Assembly (NCBI GenBank): GCA_000165425.1
Contig: CT868012.1
Location: 248,001 to 274,475, forward strand
Reading direction: 5' to 3'
Origin: Paramecium tetraurelia
Taxonomy: Eukaryota
Length of the DNA stretch: 26,475 nt
Each line of letters opens with the position of its first letter. The stretch's first letter is position 1. The position numbers and the translations under genes were made by a program. This document shows, piece by piece, positions 9,655 to 21,398 of the stretch. The notes below the pieces were generated by a model. The model had not been told where the DNA came from. It made no database searches and worked only from the letters and a program-made list of their open reading frames with translations.

Positions 9655-12143
9655 ATTCTAATTATGTACTATTAACATTCATTGGGCTTTCATTTTGCAT
9701 TATTTAATTAATTTCAATTGATGCTCTAAACATACTTGACCCAGCAAAGTTTATGACTTTGGTTGAGGCGTACTCTTCATAAGTTTCCATCTGGGATACC
9801 TTCAAAGAGGTGAGACAATTAAAGAAAACTGAAAGGAAAAGTGTCGAGATGATGATTATCAAAAGGATCGAAATCTTGCTCAGTTAATATGAAGAAATGA
9901 CGCACATTCCATCCAGCATCTTATTTAAATCTTCCTATTTTTATTAATAACAATAACTACTTTCATAAATGTACAATTTGTAGCCTTAAGTAGACTACTC
10001 AAATTGGACAGCGTTTTTTGATAGACATCAGTAAAATCTGAATGATTCTAAATATACTGATAAACTTTCTAATTCAAATCTAAGTTTTAGGAAACAAATT
10101 AAGATTCTAATAATTGCATCTTAATCCATCCTTGAGCCTGTATTTGATAATGCATTTTTAATTTTTAGAACAGATCCTATTAATCCCAACAAGAGGCTGA
10201 ACTTGCTGTGATCAAATAAGAGGGATGCCAACACATCTATGAATTATTGAGATCCCCACTCCTTTTTGGAGTAGATTAATCCGAACATCTTGTGACTTAT
10301 ACTTCTGCGCAGTTCTCAGTGTTTTTGAATGAGTTAAACTCATCAATAACTTTTTGGAACTCCTCCTTCTCAGTAAAGTTTAAATCTATAAAAGTGCCAT
10401 CTACAATTGAAGATATAGTCTGAGAGTTATTATTCAATTTCTATAGATATAACGTCTGATTAGAATTGAGTCTTTCTATTTCCTATAAGACATCGCTTTC
10501 ACTATTGATGTAGTTTCTGATATCTTTGAGTCTTGAAATCAAGTTTAGTTAACTATAAATGTTTCCATCGCCATAAAGACAAGAGTGAATAGTTTGTTTA
10601 GTTTATGGGAATTCAATGATGTTTTAGTTTTCAAAAAACTTTTCATTATTGGTAATGCCATCAAAGTATATACATAGCTCTTTGGATAATTGAGAGTTGG
10701 AATACAAGAAGAAATTGATGATTGATATTCCAGCCAGGATAATATTGCATAAGAACCAGAGGATATCTATATACTTTCTAATCTTCAGATGCTTGTTTAT
10801 CAAAAATCCAAGCCACAAAACGATTTGAATAAAATTGAAAAGCATTAAGGCAATTAATAAGCCGTTAATTGATTTTGAGTAATAGTTCATATCATCAGTT
10901 ACTTGTTGATGGAAATCAATAAGTAATTAAGCATAGTTTAGAATTTAATTGTTAATGGATGATAACTGTTACTTGGCTTTAGCGAATAAAGATGTTAATT
11001 TGGAATCCCTAAGAGTCAGTGATGAATTCTCCAAAGACCCAAATCTTAGCAATATGTTCCCAAAATAGTCTTGGATCTCATCCACTTAACTTGTTAAATA
11101 GATTCCACTTTCTTCTTTCTTGATTAGATCATATTATGCAAGATATGTAAGGTAATTTTCATTGTCCTTTGTAGACAATAAGAAATCTATCTATAAATTA
11201 TATATAATAAGATATGTACAATCTTCGATTTCGAGAAATAAGACTCGGCAGCTGAGATGGTATTAGTTCCATTCGAGGATAATTTGATGGGAAGAGGAGA
11301 TTTAGGCTGGTTTCTCTTAAGTCTATTATTAATGGTAGATATACTTGTCATTAAATTCAATAACTTCTTGCTCCTTTGATTTTAGACTGAGGGATACTCT
11401 ACTTTGATAAAGTTTTTTCAAGCCTGATTGGAAATCAATAAAATCATTTGTCAATGAAGTGAAATCGTTTTATAGAATACCATATCCTGTAAAGTTATCG
11501 TCATTTCTTTCTAGTAAATTATCAAAGGAGGAAGCCAGATAACAATTGGAATAATTTAGACCATCAATAACTTTGTTTGAAGAGATCTGATGTATATTAA
11601 TAAAGTATACAAACGTAATAATGGAAGCGATTATGAGGATTAAATTCAATATAAAAATGGTTACTATCCCAAACTTATGAAATCTTCTATTATTCAAAAT
11701 GAATTCGTCTTCTGTATGAGCTTTAATCCATTTTATGATTGAACTATCATTAAACATCAATTTACCTTGGCATTATTGCTACCAACATGTAAACCAATGA
11801 TAGAAGTAGAGTTGAAATAGAAATGATCAACCAAGGAAGAGTGTATTATTGGAGATCTACAAAATATTCACCTGCAGATATTAGGTAGCTGTTTTTAATC
11901 CACTTTTCTACTTGATTTGAGAGATCTTATCTTTGCTCGGAATAGATGGAATCAAAAACAGATTATCTTTCTGAATTTGTGATATCAACTAGATGATGAT
12001 GATATTCAGTTTTTACAATTTTCAATGTCTTAACATAATTGATTTCGAGTGGTTGTGAATTCGAGAATGTCACTATCACTATTATCGCTTGACAATGCTG
12101 AGGTTATGAGAAGAACGAAAATAATTGGATGAGGCTGTAGCAT
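9647..12143 (-). CDS. Signal peptide + 5-TM membrane glycoprotein with two large extracellular loops (prominin/tweety-like), ~789 aa
   Basis: ATG 12143 (MLQPHPIIFVLLITSALS), introns 12016-11989, 11765-11744, 11344-11323, 11219-11191 and 9960-9935, TGA 9649-9647. TM1 LPWLIISISTLLLSLVYMLVAIM, TM2 FGIVTIFILNLILIIASIITF, TM3 GLLIALMLFNFIQIVLWLGFLI, TM4 ILWFLCNIILAGISIINFFLY, TM5 ISILLIIIISTLFLSVFFNCL. Cys motifs: ELCIYF, SCLYGDGNIY, NCTFMKEDLNKMLDGMC. Confidence 0.8.
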
Positions 12144-12230
12144 TAATGTATAATTTAAATTAGATTATTATCATCAAATAGTATAATATGAAGGATTGTT
12201 TGATATCATTTTAGTTTATAATATTAATAT

Positions 12231-14208
12231 ATGAATGCTGATCATAAAATTCCATTAATGGAATAAGAAATGGCAGCACTGGATGCAAACGAATAGAAGT
12301 TGTCCAATCAACACGATAGTTAAGTGAAGGGATCCATTAATCAAACCAAATTATCCATTAAAAATGCATTCTCCAGAAATTAGCCATTTATCCGTCCATA
12401 ATGTTAATACTGCACTCTTTTTCATTAGAGAGAATTGGAAGAGTGGTATGACACAGGCTATGATGAATATGCCCTTCATTTTGAATGCTGGCAACAATAC
12501 GGGTGGCAATCCTTCTGCTGCCTATACGTCTGCCTTGATTGGTGGATTGATCAATGGATTCTTTAGTGGAAGTATCATAATCATCCTATTTCCAAAGGTA
12601 ATCATTCAATCTATGCACCAACTTGGGTGGCAGCTGGATTTAACTATTATATTGTGCAGCAATATGGATATGAAGCAGTTCCTTGGGTAACCATCATGGT
12701 TGGATTATAAATATACATCCTGAGTCATTTGAAATGGCATCATTTAATTGATTTCATGCCAAATTACGTTATTGAAGGATATTATTTGGGATTACTATTT
12801 TTAATTGCAAACGGATACATCGATTATGCCTTTGGATTAAGTGATATGCATTCCAATAGAGGATTCTAAGTATATCATGATAGATTTGAAATGTATTAAG
12901 GTAAAATAAACTAGATAAATTAGAGTTCTTTAGAAGAGGAGATCTCTATTATTTTGGAGCATCAATCTTCATATTCTTTTTACTCTATTTTGGTTGGAAG
13001 ATAAATAAGGATCTGCCTTTGATTGTATTAGTGTGTTTAACTGGTTTGTTGGTTGGCATACTTTTCCCAACAGAAAGGTGTTTAAAGAATGTTTATGGAG
13101 ATGTAAGTTTAAAACTGTCATTTATTGAAAGTGGAGGTCCTCATTTCTAACCTGACATGTGGACACTCCTCTTTCTATTCGTTTATGCCATCAAAATGAC
13201 ATTCTATATCACTATCCAGAATTTATTATGTGCAAAAGGAGCCGAATATTTTACAGGAGTAAAATGTGATCATGATAAAGAAATCCTATGTGTATCATTA
13301 ACTAACATTTGTGCAGGCATCTTCAATAGCATTCCTTGTTGCGCATCAATCAGATTAATCATCTTGAATATCAGAGTCAGAAATATGAACAGATGGTCAT
13401 CCATCCTTAATGGCCTATCTGTCCTTCTATTTTATGGCATATTTAGTAGATACTTTCTATAAATTCCACTATATTTTGTGAGTGGCATATTATTATACTC
13501 AGCATATATGTGTCCAACCTGGCCCTATTTAGAAATGTTATGGAGAACCAAAAGAAGATTGATTTTAGTTAAACAAATTACAATATCAATCATTTGTGTA
13601 TATTATGGAGCTATTGAAAGCACCATGATAGGAAGCATGTATGCTATGTTATAGTTTGCTGAAAAGATGAGTGCTGCTGCTTCTGAAATAATAGTCAGTT
13701 CAGATGAAATGCAAGTATAATTTCATTTCTATTTATTCAATCAAGAAAAACTCATTAATTAAACGAAGTTGTATCAAATAATAGGATGGAAATGATATGG
13801 AATTGAGAAATGACTCTTTGGGCATCGAAGATGATTTTCCAGACACTTAATAATTTAAGGGATCTTTTGCAATCTATCGTTTCAATGGAGCCATTAATTA
13901 TATTAATGTCAAAGTAAAAATCATTTGTAATGTTAGAATCATATTGCTTAAATTAAAAAACTACCAGAGAGTGATTACATTGTACTTAGTTTTCGATATG
14001 TGAGTGTTTTTGATGACGAGGCCATAGACAAATTAAGTCTTATGATTCAAGCACTCATAAGTATTTATTCATCTAGATTTTAGGTTCACAAAGAGAAGTA
14101 CTCTTTACTGGATTGAATCAAGGTATGATTGAAGAAATGAGATACAATGAATACATGAATAATTTCTATAAAAAACACCGAAAACATTTTAAATTATTGG
14201 GCTCCTGA
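12231..14208 (+). CDS. SLC26/SulP-family anion transporter with C-terminal STAS domain, ~616 aa (apparent +1 frameshift near 12380-12390)
   Basis: Motifs: ENWKSGMTQAMMNMP, AAYTSALIGGLINGFFSGSNHSIYAPT, IDFMPNYVIEGY, DHDKEILCVSLTNICAGIFNSIPCCASIRL, IPLYFVSGILL, and STAS IYRFNGAINYINV..IVLSFRYVSVFDDEAI. Introns 12572-12597, 12901-12923, 13715-13745, 13914-13936 and 14061-14083. TGA 14206-14208. An in-frame alternative ATG lies at 12364. Confidence 0.9.
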
Positions 14209-14269
14209 TAAATATCATATGTGTATATTAATTATCTAATTTATTAATCTAATATATATCAAAAACCAA

Positions 14270-17200
14270 TCAATTGAATTATTAAAATGAAAACTCCACT
14301 CTCTTTAAATTATATTTATGATATAATTCATATTGCTTACTAAAATAATATATATATATAATATTTACTGATTAGAATTAAATTTGGCTTGCAATTCTTC
14401 AAATATTGTCAATCTACACATATTCTCATATATGAAATCATCTCTCTCTGTTAAGTTATTAATATAGTTTATAATTTGATTCTCATTTAACTTATATTCC
14501 ATCAATGCAGTATTTTGATGTCTAATCTCATATTGATTAAATTGCTGCACAACCAATTCCTAATCTAATACCTTGTGATTCACACAATAGACTAAAAAGT
14601 CATAAGCAAGTTTTCTGCCCTTCAATTCGCTTATGTATTTATTGCTCTTTTCATACTAGAATATTCTTTTAGACTAATGATTTTATCTCTTTATCATATA
14701 GTATTCACTGTCCATCAATTAAGCTATCAAGATGTTTATAACCTCCTCTTAATTATCCTTTGTTATTTACTTTTGCACAATGAATTAGTAGAAGTTCTGC
14801 AAAAGATACTCATTGTTATACAATTCAGTTGAATTTTTGTTTTTGTTATTCAACAAATGAATGCATATTTATTTACTCATCTTGTTCCTTATTTCTGGTA
14901 ATTCATCTTGCAATAATCTCAAATAAATCAAAGACAGTCTAAGAGTATTCAAATTATATAAATTGGGCATAGCTATACATATACTCTTAATTACTGCAAT
15001 TCTTAAATCATCTATGTTATTACTATGTGAGTATAATTCACACAGTCTCAAAAATTGATCTAAGAACTCTTATTTTTAAAGCATAACGTAACCATAAAGT
15101 TTAATTAGATTCTTCATAATTCCAGAATCATTAATAAACCTCTTGTTGATCTTGTCTAAGATGATTTCATTGTGATTCAATTTAGTTAATTTACTAATAA
15201 TCAGTAAACATTGTAAGCATTATCTTAAGCATTAACTGAAATAAGGAGTTTCAATTACCTCTAATAATTGATAAGTCAGCTTTGCTATTTCTATATTAGA
15301 ATCTTCTACCACTTTGTTCTTCTTAAGAATATTATTGTATTGCTTATACAATTATTACAACACTTCCAAGTCATCAATTTCTAAGAGTTCCTTTTGTGAT
15401 ATGTATTTTTAGACTTAATTCTTAATCAATTATTCTAAATATGAATGACTGTTATTCAGATGATCCAACTTAACTAAGAATGAAATCTACTTCTTTCTCA
15501 ATAGACTATGACCCATGTCTTATTAAATTTAGAATGTTTTTTAATTGAAATGTTGCTCCTCAACCATACTCTTTGTAATTTAATAACAATCTGAAAATAA
15601 AGCACAATCCTCATATTTATTATTTTTGATTATGATATTTAAGACCTAATAATAACCAGACAACACAGGAGGACATTTGATTTCACTAATGATAAATCTC
15701 TTATTGTGGATTTCTAGGATTAGAGCCTTTTCACTTTGTTTCAATTATTCAATTTAATCCTCTTCATATTAATCCAGAGTCTCCCTCTTGATATTGTAAT
15801 AATCTTTAATCAATTAGTGACACAAAATCAAAATACCATGAGCGTTATTATGGTTTTTCTTTATAGTCTTGCAATCTACTAACTCATTTAAGAGTTGAAC
15901 AACATATGAAGTTATTTGTTAAAATGAAAGGAATGGCAGAATGGCCTTGGATAGAATCACTCTACCCAAATAATTCTTATTCTTCAAGCAATTAATCAAC
16001 GCAGGCAATAACAAGTCTAACTGCTTTTATTCAAATAAATCTTATTTCTAAGCCTCAGTATATACCTTTCTAATAAACTTACCTTCCATAGGGGCCAATC
16101 TTGATAACAATAAGGCAATTGGATACAAGCTAGGATATAATTATTGATCATTGTAATCGTTAATTTTATTTTAGAAGTATTGCACCAATTAAGGTGATTT
16201 ATTAAAGAATTCTATTAATGTTAATTTCTAAGCGATTTGCTCTACATTTTAAGTATTTTTGCCTAAAGTTCTAGATGCCAAGGCTGAAAATAACATAAGA
16301 GATGAATTCCTGACACTCCAATCATCATAGCTGAATCCATCTATGGCCAACATGTAAGCCTCAGGTATGAATTGATCAAGATCCTATCTTAACCAGGCTT
16401 CCATAAATAACTTTCTGATAACATTAAGGGCATGAATTCTCATTTCCAATTGGCCACCTTTAGCAAATTTCAATAAAATCTTTACTACCTTCTCTGTCTA
16501 CTTATCCTTACTTTAACAAGATCTTAATAAACAGCAAACTAAATGTGGTAAACCAGCAGATCTTCTAAATACATTCTTTAATTGATTTTAATCAAATGCT
16601 TCAACCAATTTATCAATCAACTCATTCACCAATCCAGGCAATTATGGATTTTTACTGGTTCCCATAGTTTTGCATAACTCATACAATCCTTATGCAATTC
16701 TATCAATAGAACCTAAATGTTTAATGTTCAATAAAGCATGGAAAAATTGGTAAGTAATTCTCTTCAATAAATCATTAGGAATTATATTGTCTTCAATTTA
16801 ATCAATCACTTTAGCTAATTCCTAAAAGAATACTCCAGATTCTCTAGTAACCAGGAAGAATGAAACTACCAAAATATTCTCAGATCCTTGATCTGAAGTT
16901 TGGTCATCTAATGATTCTATCAAAGTATTCCCTTATAGAATCTTTTGTACATTCTAGACAAACTCAGTCTGATAGAAATGTCCCCTGCAATCGACTTGAT
17001 AAGGTAATTGCTGAGTTGATTTATCATCAATTATCCATGTACAAACATTCTCAGAACTCACTTAAGTTGCGAATTCGATGATATCCTTCAATAACTCAAG
17101 TAATTTTATGAAGAACAATTTAAGCTGTTCTTTGTCTTCCAATTTTTGGATATTGTTCCTTTATAGAATAATCCAGAAAGTGGATACATATCCATGGATG

Positions 17201-18625
17201 AGGGTCTATTGTAATTATACAATATCATTAGAGAACACTTACTTAAAAGTATTAAACTTCTATTATAATTCATTAATGAGAGAATTTAAAAATTCAATCT
17301 CTGGATTTTAAGATGGATATAAGATCTTTGCGTATTTCTTTAATAATAAGGATAATAAAAGAGAACCACTTTCATAGACTTTTATGATTGGATTTCCTAT
17401 TTATGAAGTAGCTATCTTATAAAGTTCTTTAGCCTTTTATTCACTAAAGAATTGGATCTCGCTGGGAAGCAAAAGCAATATCTCGTAAGCCAAAGTTCTT
17501 GAAGACTCCCAATTACTACTACATTAAATTATTAATTATTCAACTTTGGTATTACCATAGGCTTATTCTGAACAATAATTGAATAGAAATTATGTTTTAT
17601 TATAGAATTCTCCTTTTTTAGGTTCTATCATTTCAGGAGTGCCTAAATACATGTATATCATTTTCAAAATTTCTAAGCAAGGACTTGAAACTTCGTAACA
17701 ACACTCAGGTATCAATTGCAAATATAAGATGTCTAGAAGTTATTAAGTGAATTTAATAATGGGTTAAACGGAAGTTGTGTCTTTTGATTTACCTGAATCC
17801 AAAAGTTTTAGATCCTTCTAAAAGCTTGTCCTTATTCTTTCAATAAAGAACTTTAATTTTGATAAATAGTTCTTCTTAAAATTTGGATATGATGTTTTAA
17901 TGACATATTATACAAAGAGTGTGACTGAGTCTAGTTCTGTTTGAGTTGGTTTAGCAGCTTTTTTGCTATTCAAGGCAAATATTTGGAAGGCCTCAAATTA
18001 GATAGCTCTATCAATATTGTACATCCATTTCTAGACAACGTTGATATCCAAATTCAAGATGGTTCCATTCTTATAAACGATGCCTTGTTCATTCACAGTA
18101 ATAAGTTATTCTTATTTAGCAAATTTGAGTAAGGAAGCAACAGCCCACACTTTATGTTTGTGTTAATAGAAGTTTTGATCATGTTTTATAATGTGATCAA
18201 TAATGTATTGAATGCATTCGATCTTGACTTCAGCAAAGATTCTGTTGATCTGTTGTGAATAATTTAGATTGTAGTTGTGCTAATTCTATTTGACACTTTC
18301 GATGTAATCATCAACAAAGATGGAAACAAATTGTTATAATCTTTGATTAAATAAGTCTACGTTCTTTTTGTCCTCTGGACCCTATTCTTTATATAGTTTA
18401 GTGAGCAATTTTTATAAGACTTGACCTCCTATCAATAAACTTTCATCAAAGCAACAATTGAACAAGTCCAATAATAATGTCTTTATTGAATAGGATGAAA
18501 TGAATTACTTTTTTTAATTTGATAATTTGGGTGGTCTCATATTGGTGAATCACATTATTTAGTTAGGAGTATTGTTTTCTGAGATTGGTGCATGATAAAA
18601 TATCTTGAAGATTGGATTATTCCAT
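14270..18625 (-). CDS. THADA: THADA/Trm732 (DUF2428) armadillo-repeat protein, partner of the Trm7/FTSJ1 tRNA 2'-O-methyltransferase, ~1432 aa
   Basis: ATG 18625, introns 18508-18481 and 14368-14340, TGA 14272-14270. Signature motifs: LLNIKHLGSI, FRRSAGLP, RIHALNVIRKLF, AIDGFSYDDWSVRNSSLMLFSALASRTLG, LYPIALLLSRL. Confidence 0.92.
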
Positions 18626-18698
18626 TGTTAAATTCTTTCTTCACAAATAAATTAAAAATTAAATGATTAATTTTGTATTGGTGGATTATTATTAATAC

Positions 18699-19808
18699 TC
18701 AAACTTGAATATTGCTGAAATCAACTGATTGGACCAATGCCAAAGCTTACTCGGTGATTTACTATTCTCTAATGAATTCATTCTTGGTGTCGTTGTAGAT
18801 TTGAGTTTCATCAGCATAGTTGTCATTTTCCAATTGTAATTCGGCTGAGTATTATTTCAAATCAGCAACTCTTTGGTTAAGGAACTCAGTGACATCATCA
18901 ATCTTGTCTATAGAAATAATAGAAATAATGTCTTACTGTTGGTGGCGGTCAAATCAACATTGACAGCGTTGATTTATCTTTGGAATTCAATATGTTCATC
19001 GATCTAATTAAGCTAATCTCTCTTCGTATTCTTCGACTGCAACAGCTTCAGCAAGAGTTTGATCGTTGATGCTATCGACGATGGCATTTCTGAATTCATT
19101 CAAAGCATTGACAATCTAAGAAATGATTCCTTAATCTGAGAAGTTTTGATTTGATGCTAATGTAATAAGGGCCTTCAAGAATGGAGCCATTTATGATCTT
19201 GGTTTGATGCTTTATTCGATTTTCTTGAGTGAGTTTTGGAATTTCTTGACTTAAGCCAATGATGGGTTGCTCAATGTTTACAAGAGAGCAAGGGCGTCAT
19301 CAACTGCAACTGTGGCATCAGTTAATTCAGCAACTTAAGCTTCAAATGCCTCATGTTCTTATTCTCTAATTAAGACTTCTTCGTCGTAATTTTTTCTGTT
19401 TATTTCTTGATATTCTTCAAGAGTAGCAATTCTTGTTTCCAATTATTCTCTTCTGGGGACCAACAAATTTTCAATGACATCTTCTGATCTGCTGATATCA
19501 ATTTGGGCATCATTGATTTATTAATTCAATGAGACAACCAAAGCATTGTGTTGATTTGTTCTTTGTTGGAAATTGAAATCCAATAATTGGAGTCCATCAA
19601 TCAAATCATTATCCAATTCTTCAATGGCATCAACCAACTCACTCACTGCTCCTCCGGCCATTGAATGCAATTCAACCAAATGCAAGAGAGCTTTTCCATA
19701 ATGTGATTTTTATAGTTCTGCTTACAATTTTTATGGGGTCTATCTCAAAGTGGATTTCAAACTGGATGCAAGAGCAATTACCAATACCAGAACACAAATG
19801 GTTTTCAT
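18699..19808 (-). CDS. TMP: Trichocyst matrix protein (TMP/Grl family) precursor, ~359 aa, with one apparent extra base near 19001
   Basis: Signal peptide MKTICVLVLVIALASS, pro-region ..YGKALLHLVELHSMA, first mature peptide GGAVSELVDAIEEL.., basic linker SLAQVKKFQNSLKK, second peptide NFSDQGIISQIVNALNEF. The sequence has acidic heptads and strongly biased, highly-expressed-type codons. Intron 18936-18908, TGA 18701-18699. As given, an in-frame TGA occurs at 18998-18996. Confidence 0.9.
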
Positions 19809-19948
19809 TTAATTAAATATTGCACAAAAACGAACAATTTATTCCGTTTTTCAATTGACTCTTGGAAACTGAAATTTGAATTATAACTAACATACAACTT
19901 GCTATTCATAACCAAAATATTGTTTTTATTTTATTTATGAATAATATT

Positions 19949-21295
19949 TCAATGGTGTTCATGATGATGGGCATATTATTTCTTCCAATTTTCTTCTATT
20001 TACTTTCTTACATCAGCAGGTAATTGTGGATGATGATGTTAATAACCTCCTTCAAATGGACTGCCTCCATGGAATTAATGAGGATCACTATAACCATCAA
20101 ATTCAACATGTCTGACTATAAAAAACAATTAATAACTTGATTCTTACATCTTTCATATTCAAACACATCCTTATAATACTAAGTGATATAGGCTCTGGTT
20201 GATGCTGGCTCGCTTTTAGTAATTCTTGAAGTAAATTGTCTCAGGAAGTCGTTGACCACCAAATCCTCATTCAGGGCTTCCAAATCCAAATCTCCAATGG
20301 GATTGATGGGCTCAGTGTTGATCTAAGTCTTAGTAGTGTGTCTCCAATGAGCTTCAATTCCCATTGTATGCCATTGATTAACAACTGCCACAATGGTTTT
20401 TCCTGGAGTATGCTTATAAAGAGTTTCAAAAATTTCAATATCCTTTCTGTCCACCAAGATTTTCTTCTGATGAGGACTCAACTTCTCGAAAAGCTTAACA
20501 AACCAAGAGGCTCTGTATTTATCTACTGATTCAGAGAATTGTTCTCCACCAAGAACTGCCAATTAAAAGGCCAAATCCTATCTCTCTCTTCTCCATCTCA
20601 CTTAACTGAGGAGTTTGAAGAAGTTCAAAGAAACACTGAGAGGATCAAATCTTGGTTCGGTCTAAAGTCGATATAAGGGAGAGTACTTTCAATGACAATA
20701 GGTCATCATTAGTGATTGCCAAACCACCAAAAACAACATTGGCACCTTGAGCACGAGCCTATTCAATAGCAAACTTCACTTCTAAGCCTGGAATGAATGG
20801 ATGGAAATCACTGTTGAATGCTAAAATTAAATATTAATAGATATTATTTACCTTTCAAAAATTACATTAAACCTAACCAAGAGTAGAGTCTTGCCCAAAA
20901 CACTGTATTTCTGAAATTCCTGACTCCAGTTTCCAATTCCCATTTATAAGACCCTCTTAATACATCATTATAGGCATTCAATTCATATTGAGATGTGACT
21001 CCCTCAATATTTTTAACAATATTCCACCATTCTTGGTTTGTTTGCACATAGACACTATCAGGCTTGACTTCGTTAATCAATTTTTATGTTCTGTAGGCCA
21101 ACATAGTAGAGGCATGTGTTGATCCAATAAGATATAGTTTTCTATGATGAGCAGGGTCCTCAAGGATGGTCAATGTATTCTCAAAAGGATTGGATCTACA
21201 TCCCATTTATTTAATTACCTATTTCCAGCCCTTAAGTATTTGCTTAACAGATGATTTTAGTTTCTTTGGAATTTATGCACCACCTATCCAAACAT
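19949..21295 (-). CDS. TraB-domain protein with basic N-terminal extension and His-rich C-terminus, ~411 aa (probably mitochondrial)
   Basis: ATG 21295, introns 21218-21196, 20851-20821, 20686-20662 and 20147-20116, TGA 19951-19949. TraB motifs: KLYLIGSTHAS, INEVKPDSVYVQ, PGLEVKFAIEQARAQGANVVFG, ILVDRKDIEI, IVAVVNQWHTMGI. C-terminus QQYAHHHEHH-like (..KKQYAHHHEHH). Confidence 0.87.
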
Positions 21296-21398
21296 TTCTA
21301 TTTTTTAATAATAATAATAAATATCTCCTTGTATATTCTTCTTATATAAATCTAATTTTCATTTATGTTTATGAACAAATGTGTTGACCATCTACAAT

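Noticed and set aside
11989..12016. In-frame TGA after AAA-AAC near the start of the 5-TM gene, resembling a frameshift site
   Set aside because: Fully explained by a canonical 28-nt GTAAAA..TCTAG intron.
16860..18132. Plus-strand ORFs of 63-77 aa (also 20236-20529 and 21166-21387)
   Set aside because: Antisense to THADA or TraB exons, with no independent support.
19013..19037. 25-nt GT..AG segment that could rescue the TMP frameshift as an intron
   Set aside because: Purine-rich coding sequence (VEEYEERL) that fits the heptad pattern and is unlike the AT-rich introns elsewhere.
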